A stretch of 64,000 bases of DNA from Callorhinchus milii (GCF_018977255.1 NW_024704743.1:15254001-15318000), one strand, 5' to 3'. Shown: positions 38,450 through 50,514, counted from the stretch's first letter. Translations and numbers: made by a program. Notes: generated by a model from the letters alone, not told the origin.

Positions 38450-38640
38450 TAACAACAACAATTTGCACTTGTGTAACGCCCTCCACGCAAGGGTAGCGCC
38501 TCAGAGCGCCTCACAGTGGCGGAGCTTGACTCCGAGCCGGGGTGGGTGGCGGGGGAGGAGAGATGGCCGGAAGCACGGCCGAAGAGGGAGGTTTTCAGGC
38601 GGGACTTGAAAAAGGGCAGAGAGGGGGCCGCGCAGTGAGA
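38450..38640 (-). mobile_element. L2 3' tail abutting the upstream minisatellite
   Basis: aacaacaacaatttgcacttgtgtaacgccctccacgc...; same tail as 45315-45466 in the opposite orientation. Confidence 0.8.
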
Positions 38641-38666
38641 GTGTGGAGGAGTACATTAGCAGCAGG

Positions 38667-41600
38667 TGTAGCCCCCCCAGCCCCTCTCACCTCACACTGT
38701 AGCCCCCTCTCACCTCACACTGTAGCCCCCTCTCACCTCACACTGTAGCCCCCCCTCTCACCTCACACTGTAGCCCCCTCTCACCTCACACTGTAGCCCC
38801 CTCTCACCTCACACTGTAACTCCCCTCTCTCTCACCTCATACTGTAGCCCCACCTCTCTCACCTCACACTGTAGCCCCCCTCACCTCACACTGTAGCCCC
38901 CTCTCACCTCACACTGTAGCCCCCCTCACCTCACACTGTAGCCCCCCCACCTCACACTGTAGCCCCCCCTCACCTCACACTGTAGCCCCCTCTCACCTCA
39001 CACTGTAGCCCCCTCTCACCTCACACTGTAGCCCCCTCTCACCTCACACTGTAGCCCCTCTCACCTCACACTGTAGCCCCCTCTCACCTCACACTGTAGC
39101 CCCCTCTCACCTCACACTGTAGCCCCCCTCACTCACACTGTAGCCCCCCTCTCACCTCACACTGTAGTGCCCCCTCTCACCTCACTGTAGCCCCCTCTCA
39201 CCTCACACTGTAGCCCCCCTCACCTCACACTGTAGCCCCCTCTCACCTCACACTGTAGCCCCCTCTCACCTCACACTGTAGCCCCCCTCTCACCTCACAC
39301 TGTAGTCCCCCCTCTCACCTCACACTGTAGTCCCCCCTCTCACCTCACACTGTAGCCCCCCCTCTCACCTCACACTGTAGCCCCCCCTCTCACCTCACAC
39401 TGTAGCCCCCTCTCACCTCACACTGTAGCCCCCTCTCACCTCACACTGTAGCCCCCTCTCACCTCACACTGTAGCCCCCTCTCACCTCACACTGTAGCCC
39501 CCTCTCACCTCACACTGTAGTCCCCCCTCTCACCTCACACTGTAGTCCCCCCTCTCACCTCACACTGTAGCCCCCCCTCTCACCTCACACTGTAGCCCCC
39601 ACCCCTCTCACCTCACACTGTAGCCCCCCACCCCTCTCACCTCACGCTGTAGCCCCCCACCCCTCACCTCACACTGTAGTCCCCCTCTCACCTCACACTG
39701 TAGTCCCCCCCTCTCTCACCTCACACTGTAGTCCCCCCTCTCACCTCACACTGTAGCCCCCCCTCACCTCATACTGTAGCCCCCCCACCCCTTTCACCTC
39801 ACACTGTAGCCCCCCCCACCCCTCTCACCTCACACTGTAGCCACCCACCCCTCTCACCTCACACTGTAGCCCCTCTCACCTCACACTGTAGCCCCTCTCA
39901 CCTCACACTGTAGCCCCCCCCCTCTCACCTCACACTGTAGCCCCCCCCTCTCACCTCACACTGTAGCCCCCCCACCCCTCTCACCTCACACTGTAGCCCC
40001 CCACCCCTCTCACCTCACACTGTAGCCCCCCACCCCTCACACTGTAGCCCCTCTCACCTCACACTGTAGCCCCCCCACCCTCTCACCTCACACTGTAGCC
40101 CCCCCACCCCACTCACCTCACACTGTAGCCCCCCACCCCTCTCACCTCACACTGTAGCCCCCCCACCCCTCTCACCTCACACTGTAGCCCCCCCACCCTC
40201 TCACCTCACACTGTAGCCCCTCTCACCTCACACTGTAGCCCCCCCCACCCCTCTCACCTCACACTGTAGCCCCCCACCCCTCTCACCTCACACTGTAGCC
40301 CCCCCACCCCTCTCACCTCACACTGTAGCCCCCCACCCCTCTCACCTCACACTGTAGCCCCCCCACCCCTCTCACCTCACACTGTAGCCCCCCCCACCCC
40401 TTCACCTCACACTGTAGCCCACCCCACCTCACACTGTAGCCCCCCCCTCACACTGTAGCCCCCCACCTCACACTGTAGCCCCCACCCCTCTCACCTCACA
40501 CTGTAGCCCCCCCACCCCTATCACCTCACACTGTAGCCCCCCCACCCCTCACACTGTAGCCCCCCCCACCCCTCACACTGTAGCCCCCCCACCCTCACAC
40601 TGTAGCCCCCCACCCCTCTCACCTCACACTGTAGCCCCCCCACCCTCACACTGTAGCCCCCCACCCCTGTCACCTCACACTGTAGCCCCCCCCACCCCTC
40701 TCACCTCACACTGTAGCCCCTCTCACCTCACACTGTAGCCCCCCCACCCCTCTCACCTCACACTGTAGCCCCCCCACCCTCTCACCTCACACTGTAGCCC
40801 CCCCACCCCTCTCACCTCACACTGTAGCCCACCCACCCTCTCACCTCACACTGTAGCCCCCCCACCCCTCTCACCTCACACTGTAGCCCCCCCACCCCTC
40901 TCACCTCACACTGTAGCCCCCCACCCTCTCACCTCACACTGTAGCCCCTCTCACCTCACACTGTAGCCCCCCACCCCTCTCACCTCACACTGTAGCCCCC
41001 CCACCCCTCTCACCTCACACTGTAGCCCCCCACCCTCTCACCTCACACTGTAGCCCCCCCACCCCTCTCACCTCACACTGTAGCCCACCCCACCCCTCAC
41101 ACTGTAGCCCCCCCACCCCTCACACTGTAGCCCCCCACCCCTCTCACCTCACACTGTAGCCCCCATCCCTCACACTGTAGCCCCCACCCCTCACACTGTA
41201 GCCCCCCACCCCTCTCACCTCACACTGTAGCCCCCCCACCCTCACACTGTAGCCCCCCCACCCCTCACACTGTAGCCCCCCCACCCTCACACTGTAGCCC
41301 CCCCCACCCTCTCACCTCACACTGTAGCCCCTCTCACCTCACACTGTAGCCCCCCCACCCCTCTCACCTCACACTGTAGCCCCCTCACCTCACACTGTAG
41401 CCCCCACACCTCACACTGTAGCCCCCCCACCCCTCACCTCACACTGTAGCCCCCCACCTCACACTGTAGCCCCCCCACACCTCACACTGTAGCCCCCCAC
41501 CCCTCTCACCTCACACTGTAGCCCCTCACCTCACACTGTAGCCCCCTCTCACCTCACACTGTAGCCCCCTCACCTCACACTGTAGCCCCCCCTCACCTCA

Positions 41601-42792
41601 CACTGTAGCCCCCCCTCACCTCACACTGTAGCCCCTCTCACCTCACACTGTAGCCCCCTCTCACCTCACACTGTAGCCCCTCTCACCTCACACTGTAGCC
41701 CCCTCTCACCTCACACTGTAGCCCCCTCTCACCTCACACTGTAGCCCCCTCTCACCTCACACTGTAGCCCCCCCTCACCTCACACTGTAGTCCCCCCTCT
41801 CACCTCACACTGTAGTGCCCCCTCTCACCTCACTGTAGCCCCCTCTCACCTCACACTGTAGCCCCCTCTCACCTCACACTGTAGCCCCCTCTCACCTCAC
41901 ACTGTAGCCCCCTCTCACCTCACACTGTAGCCCCCCCCCCTCTCACCTCACACTGTAGCCCCCTCTCACCTCACACTGTAGCCCCCTCTCACCTCACACT
42001 GTAGCCCCCCTCTCACCTCACACTGTAGCCCCCCTCTCACCTCACACTGTAGCCCCTCTCACCTCACACTGTAGCCCCCCTCACCTCACACTGTAGCCCC
42101 CTCTCACCTCACACTGTAGCCCCCTCTCACCTCACACTGTAGCCCCTCTCACCTCACACTGTAGCCCCCTCTCACCTCACACTGTAGTCCCCCCTCTCAC
42201 CTCACACTGTAGTCCCCCCTCTCACCTCACACTGTAGCCCCCCCCTCTCACCTCACACTGTAGCCCCCCACCCTCTCACCTCACGCTGTAGCCCCCCCAC
42301 CCCCTCACCTCACGCTGCAGCCCCCACCCCTCTCACCTCACACTGTAGTCCCCCCTCTCACCTCACACTGTAGTCCCCCCCTCTCACCTCACACTGTAGT
42401 CCCCCCCTCTCACCTCACACTGTAGTCCCCCTCTCACCTCACACTGTAGCCCCCACCCTCACCTCACACTGTAGCCCCCCACCCCTCTCACCTCACACTG
42501 TAGCCCCACCCACCCTCTCACCTCACACTGTAAGCCCCTCTCACCTCACACTGTAGCCCTCTCACCTCACACTGTAGCCCCCCCCCCTCTCACCTCACAC
42601 TGTAGCCCCCCCCCTCTCACCTCACACTGTAGCCCCCCACCCCTCTCACCTCACACTGTAGCCCCCCCCACCCCTCTCACCTCACACTGTAGCCCCCCCA
42701 CCTCACACTGTAGCCCTCTCACCTCACACTGTAGCCCCCCCACCCCTCTCACACTCACACTGTAGCCCCCCCACCCCACTCACCTCACACTG
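38667..42792 (-). repeat. ~4.1 kb minisatellite, + strand unit (C)n-TCTCACCTCACACTGTAG, ~22-28 bp, roughly 160-170 units
   Basis: Directly visible tandem array; reverse complement is GGGGGCTACAGTGTGAGGTGAGA; copy number estimated from length. Confidence 0.98.
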
Positions 42793-43383
42793 GGCTGTAA
42801 CTCACCCAGGAGGGCGGGCTCTGATTGGCTGTAACTCACCCAGGAGGGCGGGCTCTGATTGACTGAACGAGGCAGTCACTCAGCAGGGAGGGCAGATTCT
42901 GCGTGATGATTGGCTAAAGCTATGTGTCACTCAGCCCCGGGGAGGGCGTGCTCCGGACTCAGATTGGTTGGTCCAAGCTATCAAGTCAGCGGGACCGGGA
43001 CGGCTGCTGTGCGCAGGCGCGGTTTTGGGGTCGGCGGCTGGGTGGAGGGTGACGAGCGGCCATGTTTGTGCCGGAGTCGGTGTGGGATCGGGAAGGGAAC
43101 GGAGGAGGCGGCGACGACGACAGCAACCGCAGCTCCGGGGGCGCGGGCAGCGCGTGAGGCGAGAGCCGGGAGTGGGGGCGTGGAGCCGCGTCTGTGGGCG
43201 GCGCTGGGATCAGCCGCCAGTGCGTGTCTGTCAGCCCGTCCGTGTGTGTGTGTGTGTCTGTGCGGCACCATGGCCCAGTGAGCGGGGCCCGGCCCCGGGC
43301 CTGTCACAGCACCGCCCTCCACACACACACACACACACACACAGCCCGGGCCGGGGCCGGGGCCGGGCTCGGCCTCCCTCACC
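42793..43383 (+). promoter_or_regulatory. UBP1: UBP1 CpG-island promoter and 5' leader with GC boxes and inverted CCAAT boxes
   Basis: Most CpG-dense non-repeat segment in the window; GGGCGG at 42812 and 42846; ATTGG at 42824, 42909 and 42963; directly upstream of the ATG at 43384. Confidence 0.85.
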
Positions 43384-43496
43384 ATGGCCTGGGTGCTGAA
43401 GATGGACGACGCCATCGAGTCCGGCCTCGTGCACGACTTCGACGCCAGTTTGTCCGGAATCGGCCAAGAGCTGGGGGCCGGGGCCTACAGTATGAG
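43384..43496 (+). CDS. UBP1: UBP1 (upstream binding protein 1 / LBP-1, CP2/Grainyhead family) coding exon 1
   Basis: Kozak accATGg; [37 protein letters not shown](S); the MAWVLKMD start distinguishes UBP1 from TFCP2 (MAWALKLPLAD); donor AG|gtgaga. Confidence 0.96.
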
Positions 43497-45200
43497 GTGA
43501 GAGAGAGGGGGGCTACAGTATGAGGTGAGAGAGGGGGGGGCTACTGTATGAGGTGAGAGAGAGAGGGGCTACAGTATGAGGTGAGAGGGGAGTTACTGTA
43601 TGAGGTGAGAGGGGGGGGGCTACAGTATGAGGTGAGAGAGAGAGGGGTCTACAGTATGAGGTGAGAGGGGGCTACTGTATGAGGTGAGAGGGGGGCTACT
43701 GTATGAGGTGAGAGGGGCTACTTATGAGGTGAGAGGGGGCTACTGTATGAGGTGAGAGAGAGAGGGGTCTACGGTATGAGGTGAGAGGGGCTACGGTATG
43801 AGGTGAGAGGGGGCTACTGTATGAGGTGAGAGGGGGGTAGGTGAGGTGAGAGGGGGCTACTGTATGAGGTGAGAGGGGGTTACTGTATGAGGTGAGAGGG
43901 GGGCTACTGTATGAGGTGAGAGGGGGCTACTGTATGAGGTGAGAGGGGGCTACTGTATGAGGTGAGAGGGGGCTACTGTATGAGGTGAGAGGGGGTTACT
44001 GTATGAGGTGAGAGGGGGTTACTGTATGAGGTGAGAGGGGGTTACTGTATGAGGTGAGAGGGGGGCTACTGTATGAGGTGAGAGGGGGGCTACTGTATGA
44101 GGTGAGAGGGGGGCTACTGTATGAGGTGAGAGGGGGCTACTGTATGAGGTGAGAGGGGGTTACTGTATGAGGTGAGAGGGGGTTACTGTATGAGGTGAGA
44201 GGGGGTTACTGTATGAGGTGAGAGGGGGCTACTGTATGAGGTGAGAGGGGGGCTACTGTATGAGGTGAGAGGGGGGGCTACAGTATGAGGTGAGAGGGGG
44301 GCTACTGTATGAGGTGAGAGGGGGGCTACTGTATGAGGTGAGAGGGGGCTACTGTATGAGGTGAGAGGGGGCTACTGTATGAGGTGAGAGAGGGGATTAT
44401 AGTATGAGGTGAGAGGAGGACTGCAGTATGAGGTGTGGGAGGGGCTACAGTATGAGGTGAGAGAGGGGTGGGGGCTACAGTATGAGGTGAGAGTGAGGGG
44501 GGCTACAGTATGAGGTGAGAGGGGGGCTGCAGTATGAGGTGAGAGAGGGGTGGGGGCTACAGTATGAGGTGAGAGTGAGGGGGGCTACAGTATGAGGTGA
44601 GAGGGGGCCGCAGTATGAGGTGTGGGGGGGCTACAGTATGAGGTAAGAGGGGGGGGCTACAGTATGAGGTGAGAGGGGGGGGCTACAGTATGAGGTGAGA
44701 GAGGGGCTACAGTATGAGGTGAGAGAGGGGCTATAGTATGAGGTGAGATGGGGCTGCAGTATGAGGTGAGAGAGGGGGGGCTGCAATATGAGGTGTGGGG
44801 GGGGGCTACAGTATGAGGTGAGAGGGGGGGGGCTACAGTATGAGGTGAGAGAGGGGCTATAGTATGAGGTGAGAGGGGGCTGCAGTATGAGGTGAGAGAG
44901 GGGGGGCTGCAATATGAGGTGTGGGGGGGGGCTACAGTATGAGGTGAGAGAGATGGGGGCTACAGTATGAGGTGAGAGAGAGTGGGCTACAGTATGAGGT
45001 GAGAGAGGGGTGGGGGGGGCTACAGTATGAGGTGAGAGAGAGGGGGGGCTACAGTATGAGGTGCGAGAGAGGTGGGGCTACAATATGAAGTGAGAGTGGG
45101 GGGCTACAATGTTAGAATGAGAGAGGGAGGGGGCTACAGTATGAGGTAAGAAGTGGAGGTGACTACAATATTAGGTGAGAGTGGGGTCTATAGTATGAGT
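43480..45200 (+). repeat. ~1.7 kb minisatellite, unit (G)n-CTAC(A/T)GTATGAGGTGAGA, roughly 70 units; degenerate units resume at ~45520-45700
   Basis: Directly visible tandem array whose first unit is the UBP1 exon 1/intron 1 junction. Confidence 0.98.
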
Positions 45201-45219
45201 TCAGAGAGGGGGCCTTACA

Positions 45220-45520
45220 GTAATAGTAATAATCCTTGCATTTGATATAATGCGTTATCAAGTCTTGAGCTGTCTCCAGGTTCTTCAAAGGTTATACTGT
45301 AAAGTGTGGTGAAAATTTTCCTCTTCAACCGTGCTTATAGCCAACTCTCCCTCCTCCCCCCCCCACCCACCCCGGCACAGAATCAGGCTCCGCACTGTTA
45401 AGCGCTCTGAGACGCTACCCTGCGTGGGGCGGAGGGGGGCGCTACATAAGTGCAAGTTGTTGTTGTAGAGACTTTTGTGGGCAAAACACGGCAGCTAATT
45501 GCACACAGCAGTGTCCCACA
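45220..45520. mobile_element. SINE tail (-) with a nested L2 tail (+, 45315-45466), interrupting the intron-1 minisatellite
   Basis: Recognisable SINE and L2 tails; degenerate minisatellite units resume at ~45520. Confidence 0.75.
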
Positions 45521-46189
45521 GTATGAGGTTAGAGAGAGTGGGGGGACTACAGTTTGGGGTGTGAGAGCGGGGAGGGCAACAGTATGAGGTATCTAAGAGA
45601 GAGATGGGGGGGAGGGGCTATAGTATGAGGTGAGAGAGATTGTGAGGGTGCCTACAACATGAGGGGAGAGAGAGAGTGGGGGGGGGGGGGCTACAGTAAT
45701 GATAGAGAGATGGGGAGAGAGGGGGGAAAGGGTTCAGAGTGGGGGGAAGGGCAGTGGGGGAAGTGGAGTGAATGAGTGAGGGGCAGAGGTAGAAGGAAAA
45801 TGAGAAGTTGTTTACAGTAGAAAGCAGAAAACATGTTTTTGAATACAGAATGAGGCCTTTTAGCCTATTATGTTTGTATAACTGACAGCTTTTTTGTCAC
45901 TTTAAAAATTAATTGGCTCTTCTCCCTGTATTCCTAAATTATTTAGTACCTAGGTGATTATCCAGTTCCCTTTTAGGATTCAAGGTCAGTACTGTTTGTT
46001 TCTCTGTCTGCGCTTGCCACAGCTGTCATTGGCATACAAACAATTTGCAGAGTCATCCACACAGACTTAGTCTCAATTCCTGGTGTCAGACACTAATCTA
46101 CGTTGGTACCACCTAGATCAGAAAATCTTATTTTATTTAAAAAAAGTTATTGACAAACCCCTTCTCCCAACAACTTTTAGTGACTATAT

Positions 46190-46900
46190 TTATCACTAGA
46201 GGACTCGCCTTGCAAAGCGAGAGGACCCAAGTTCAATTCATGGGCAGGACAACACCTCAGGCAACTCTCCTGTTTACCTAGCAGTAAGTAGGAACCTGGT
46301 TGTTAGTCAATTGGCAAATCGCTTTCTGGGGGTAATAATCCCTTCCAAAAATAATAATAATAATTTGGTCACTCAATCCACGGCTGTTTTCGTGGGACAC
46401 TGCTGTGTGGAATTGGCTCCTGCGTTTCGCCCACAAAATATCAGTCAATCCACTTTACAGTATACTCTGTGAAGTGCTTTGAAGTCTGTGATGTAATACG
46501 TCGCTATAACATGCAAGGTATTACAATACGTTTGGACTTTTTTTAAACTATCTTTTATACCTATTGCGTGTGCTTTAAAGGAAGTGAAGTTTCAATTGGG
46601 AGTTGGCTAGCTACTCCATTTGGCGAAAAATTGATTGAAGATATGAGAAGTAACATGTGGCATGTTTTTTGCTTTGGAACAATAATGTTTTTTTCTGTTC
46701 CTGTACATTATTTATTAAAATAATAATAAATCGGGTCACTTCAATCCACGACTGTATGTGGGACACTGCTGATCGCAATAGGCTGCCGTGTTTCGCCCAC
46801 AAAATATGTAGTCAATTCACTTTATAATATATTTTGTGAAGTACTTTGAGATGTCTTGAAGACGTGAAAGGCGCTGTATCAAATCTGAGGATTATTATTC
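46190..46900 (+). mobile_element. Two tRNA-SINE copies (46190-46525 and 46720-46900)
   Basis: Same family as 31428-31731. Confidence 0.8.
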
Positions 46901-47984
46901 CTATTTGGGTACCCAAAGTGCAGTATGACAATTACCGTATGATTAGACATTGGTTGAGGGGTGTAAACAGACTGAATTAACCTGCCATTCCCTGGGGGTG
47001 TAAACAGATTGAATTTAGCCTGCCATTCCAGAAAGCAGATGTTTTGTTCTTGCCATTCCCAGTAAGCAGATGATTTGTTCCTGTCATTCCTGGAAAACAG
47101 GTGTTTTTATTTTTATAGATTGATAAATACATTTTTTTGGTCAGCCAGGTGTCTGATGCATGCGGAAACCCATCACCCATGCTTAAGAGCATCAAAACTA
47201 AACCTGGAAATTCCAGAGATGTTTATTGGAATGGAATGCTTGGCAGGCTTTCCTGGTGTTTGTCCAGCTGGGACCGCCCTACTTGTTAGGACTTTGTTTT
47301 GCAAGGTTAACAGAAGCTGAGTAGAGAGAGGGAGTCCCTGCCACCAGTGACTGGTCTGTCCTTCCGTGTCCTACATGTGAGCCAGTCTGGATGTGCTGTC
47401 ATCAGCAGCGTCCTGTCATCAGAAATGTGTCAAGAGTATTTCCACCATCCTGCCCACAGCTCCTACACATGTCCCTCCCTTCCCAATAAGCAATGGTTCC
47501 ACTATTTGGAGGTGCCTTTTAACCTTTCCACCATTTGGAGGTCACCTTTTTAAATGATATCTGAAGCCCGAACCTCCATATTTATTTTTCTGGTTTAGAC
47601 AAGAGACCCCCACCCCCTTCCTTCTTTGTCACGACCAGCGAGTATGACTTGTTGCAATTCATGCGTATAAATTACTAGAGAGATTACTTTTGATATGACT
47701 TGTAGATGATAATTGTAAACGGTCCTCCGTTAGGGTCTTCTTGGAGCTGAACTGACTCCAAGGTGACATGTCTGGCAGTGGAATGTCGGAATCGAGCCAG
47801 CCCTCTGTTGCGGTCTTGGTAGTAGTCCGGTTCCTGAGCCGGGCGGGTCCGCAGTATTCTAGGGCACTACTAATGACAGCACAGTCAGCCTGGCTCATCG
47901 GCGGGACCTGGAAGGTCAGACCAGTCACTGGGAGCAGGAAGTCATCTAACTCAACTCCTGTTAGCCCTGTTATCAGTAAATATA

Positions 47985-49195
47985 GTGTAAAGTTTACCAC
48001 CTGCTGCCTCAATCCCCTTCTCACCCAGCTGCTGGTCACTCAGCTCCCCCTCCTCTCCCTACTGCTACCGTCCCATTTCTAACCTACCCTTCCTTGTCAA
48101 AGTCCTGGAATGCATTATTGCAGGTCAACTTCGGTCACACCTCTCCCTGCACTCCCTCCTCAAGCCTCTGCAGTCTGGTTTTCGCCCCGTCCACAGCACA
48201 GAGACACTTGTCAAAGTCACAAACAACATCCTCGCTATCTGTGACCAGTGCTCCCTCTGTCTCCTTGTCCTCCTGGATCTCTCTGCTGTGTTCGACACAG
48301 TCGACCACGCCATCCTCCCCCATTGCCTCTCCTCTCTCATCCATCTTAGTGCGACAGCACTCGCATGGTTCAAGTCCTACTTAACCAACCGCCTTCATTT
48401 CATGTTTTCTCCTCCCGCCCCCGTCCAGTCACCTGCAGGGTACCACAAAGCTCCATCCTTGGCTCCCTTTTCCTTATCATCCTTCTGGATGATGTCATTT
48501 GCAGACACGGAGTAAACTTCCACATGTATGCGGACAACATACAAATCTACTTTGCCTCTTCCAGTACTAACTCTAGGTCCGTCGATGTTCTTCGACCTCT
48601 GCCACATTGCCTGCCTCCGAACACACATTACCCCAAATACAGCCAAAACCCTTGTGCACGTGTTTGTCACCTCCTGCCTGGATTACTCAAACTTACTCCT
48701 CGCTGGTTTCCCCAGCTCACTCAAAAGACCTAGCTCATTCAGAACTCTGCCGCCTTACCCAGACCAAACTCTGCACCCACATCTCACCCATTCTGGCCAG
48801 GCTCCACTGCCTCCCCATCACCGAATAGATCGACTTCAACATCCTCACACTAGTGTTCAAATCCCTTCACTCTCTGGAACCTCCCCACCTCTCTGACCTC
48901 CTCACTCTCCAATCCACCACCTGGCGCCTCCGATCGACTGGCACCGGCCTCCTGCTCATCCCGCTCACCCTCTGCCCCACTATCATTGGTTGCGCTTATA
49001 GCCACTACACCCCGTAACTCTGGAACACTCTCCCTCAATCCCTCCTCCTTGCTCCCTTCCCTTTTTCAAGTCCTGCCTGAAGACCTTCCTCTTTGACCGT
49101 GCCTACGGCCACTTCCTCCCCCCCCCCCGGCTCTGCCATTCCGCTCTGAGACACTACTCTGCGTGGAGGGCGCTATATAAGTGCGAGTTGTTGTT
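47985..49195 (+). mobile_element. Degraded L2 LINE; a further L2 tail at 49355-49625
   Basis: [20 protein letters not shown] and ILARLHCLP motifs. Confidence 0.9.
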
Positions 49196-50514
49196 AGCCC
49201 TGCCCTAGCTGGACAAGCAGTGGGAAAGCTTACCAGACTGCAGAATCAGTGGCAAGCTATGCGTTTTTAGCTGCTTAGACTTTAGCAGTACTCCAATGCA
49301 CACTCTGAGGTCCCCAAGCCTTGGTTCTTGCCAACCTGCGCCTAATACTTTATGTCTTTCTGCCACTCTGCCCCCACCCTTTGGAACTCCATCCCGCAGT
49401 TCCTCCACCTTGCCCCGTCCTTTGCCTCCTTCAAGACCCATCTCAAGACCCTCCTCTTCGACTCGTGCATTCGATCACCCTGCTTCCCCCCCCGCCCTCC
49501 ACCCTTCCCAATCCCGACCCCTAGCTCGGGTGCAAAACTCTGATTGTCCAGCGCCTTGGGACGTCCTCCCGATCTGAAAGATGTCCCCCCCATGTAAAAA
49601 TTTATTTTATTGTTGCTGCTGTTGTTTCGCTAGAAAATTGAGAAAAACAAGCAAATATTTAAAAATCTGCTGTTGAAAGTGTTTATTAGGTGTTATTAGG
49701 TGTTACAACTGTTTTGGGTTGGCTGAGAATTTTAGTATTGTGCTGTAAGACGGATTTAGGATTCGTCTGGTCTGACTATTTTAAAAGTGAATAAAAACTT
49801 TCAGTGGTTGGCATGGAGTTGTCCTGAGGACCCCTATGGTGTCTCGTGCTTTTACAAATTCCTTACGTAATTCTTGTTTTTCAGATAGATATTAAATCTT
49901 AGCACTTGGTAGCCAGAGGGTAACTTAATACTTAACTGACCTGCTGTGACTTTAAATTACTGGAGAGATTGCTTTTGGTATGACTTGTAGGGTGATACTT
50001 ATAAACTTATCAAGAAATTATGTTCGTTTCAGACAAGATCAGGTTTACCTAAGCCATTTCAATGATAGCTAAATTATTTGCTTCTATTATTTATCCTTTT
50101 GAGGTTGAGCAAATAAGTCTTAAAATGTTCCTCCTTCATTACAATAAATAGACCTTAATATCAAGTTAGTTGAGCTTTAAATGTATTGAAAGCTTAGGTT
50201 TGATAAATTTGTACATTCTGTTAAATACAGGAATACCAGATCTGATGCGCCTTGCTATAATGTGAGTACGTAATCTGATTGGGTTGTGGATCTTGACATT
50301 TCCTTACCTCAAAATCTCAACATTGTTCCAACCACATTACATTATCTTAACAACATAAATGAAGTGCACTGAGGTTTTTTTGAAGCAGTCCAACATTAGA
50401 GCAGTCAGCTGGCTTTCTGTGCACGTGTTCAGTGATGGTAAGGATCTTATGGTTAGTGAGGTTGCATTGCTGCGTCTGATCATGCCTTGATTTTATGTGG
50501 GTTATAATTATCAG

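Noticed and set aside
42910..43523. Several overlapping 78-144 aa ORFs at the CpG island
   Set aside because: Expected from stop-poor GC-rich sequence; the real frame starts at 43384 and is spliced.
44631..44912. 93-aa repetitive ORF on the minus strand
   Set aside because: Translation of the minisatellite.
38667..45200. CRISPR-like array
   Set aside because: No unique spacers, only homopolymer length variation between units; no cas genes; eukaryotic intron-exon context.
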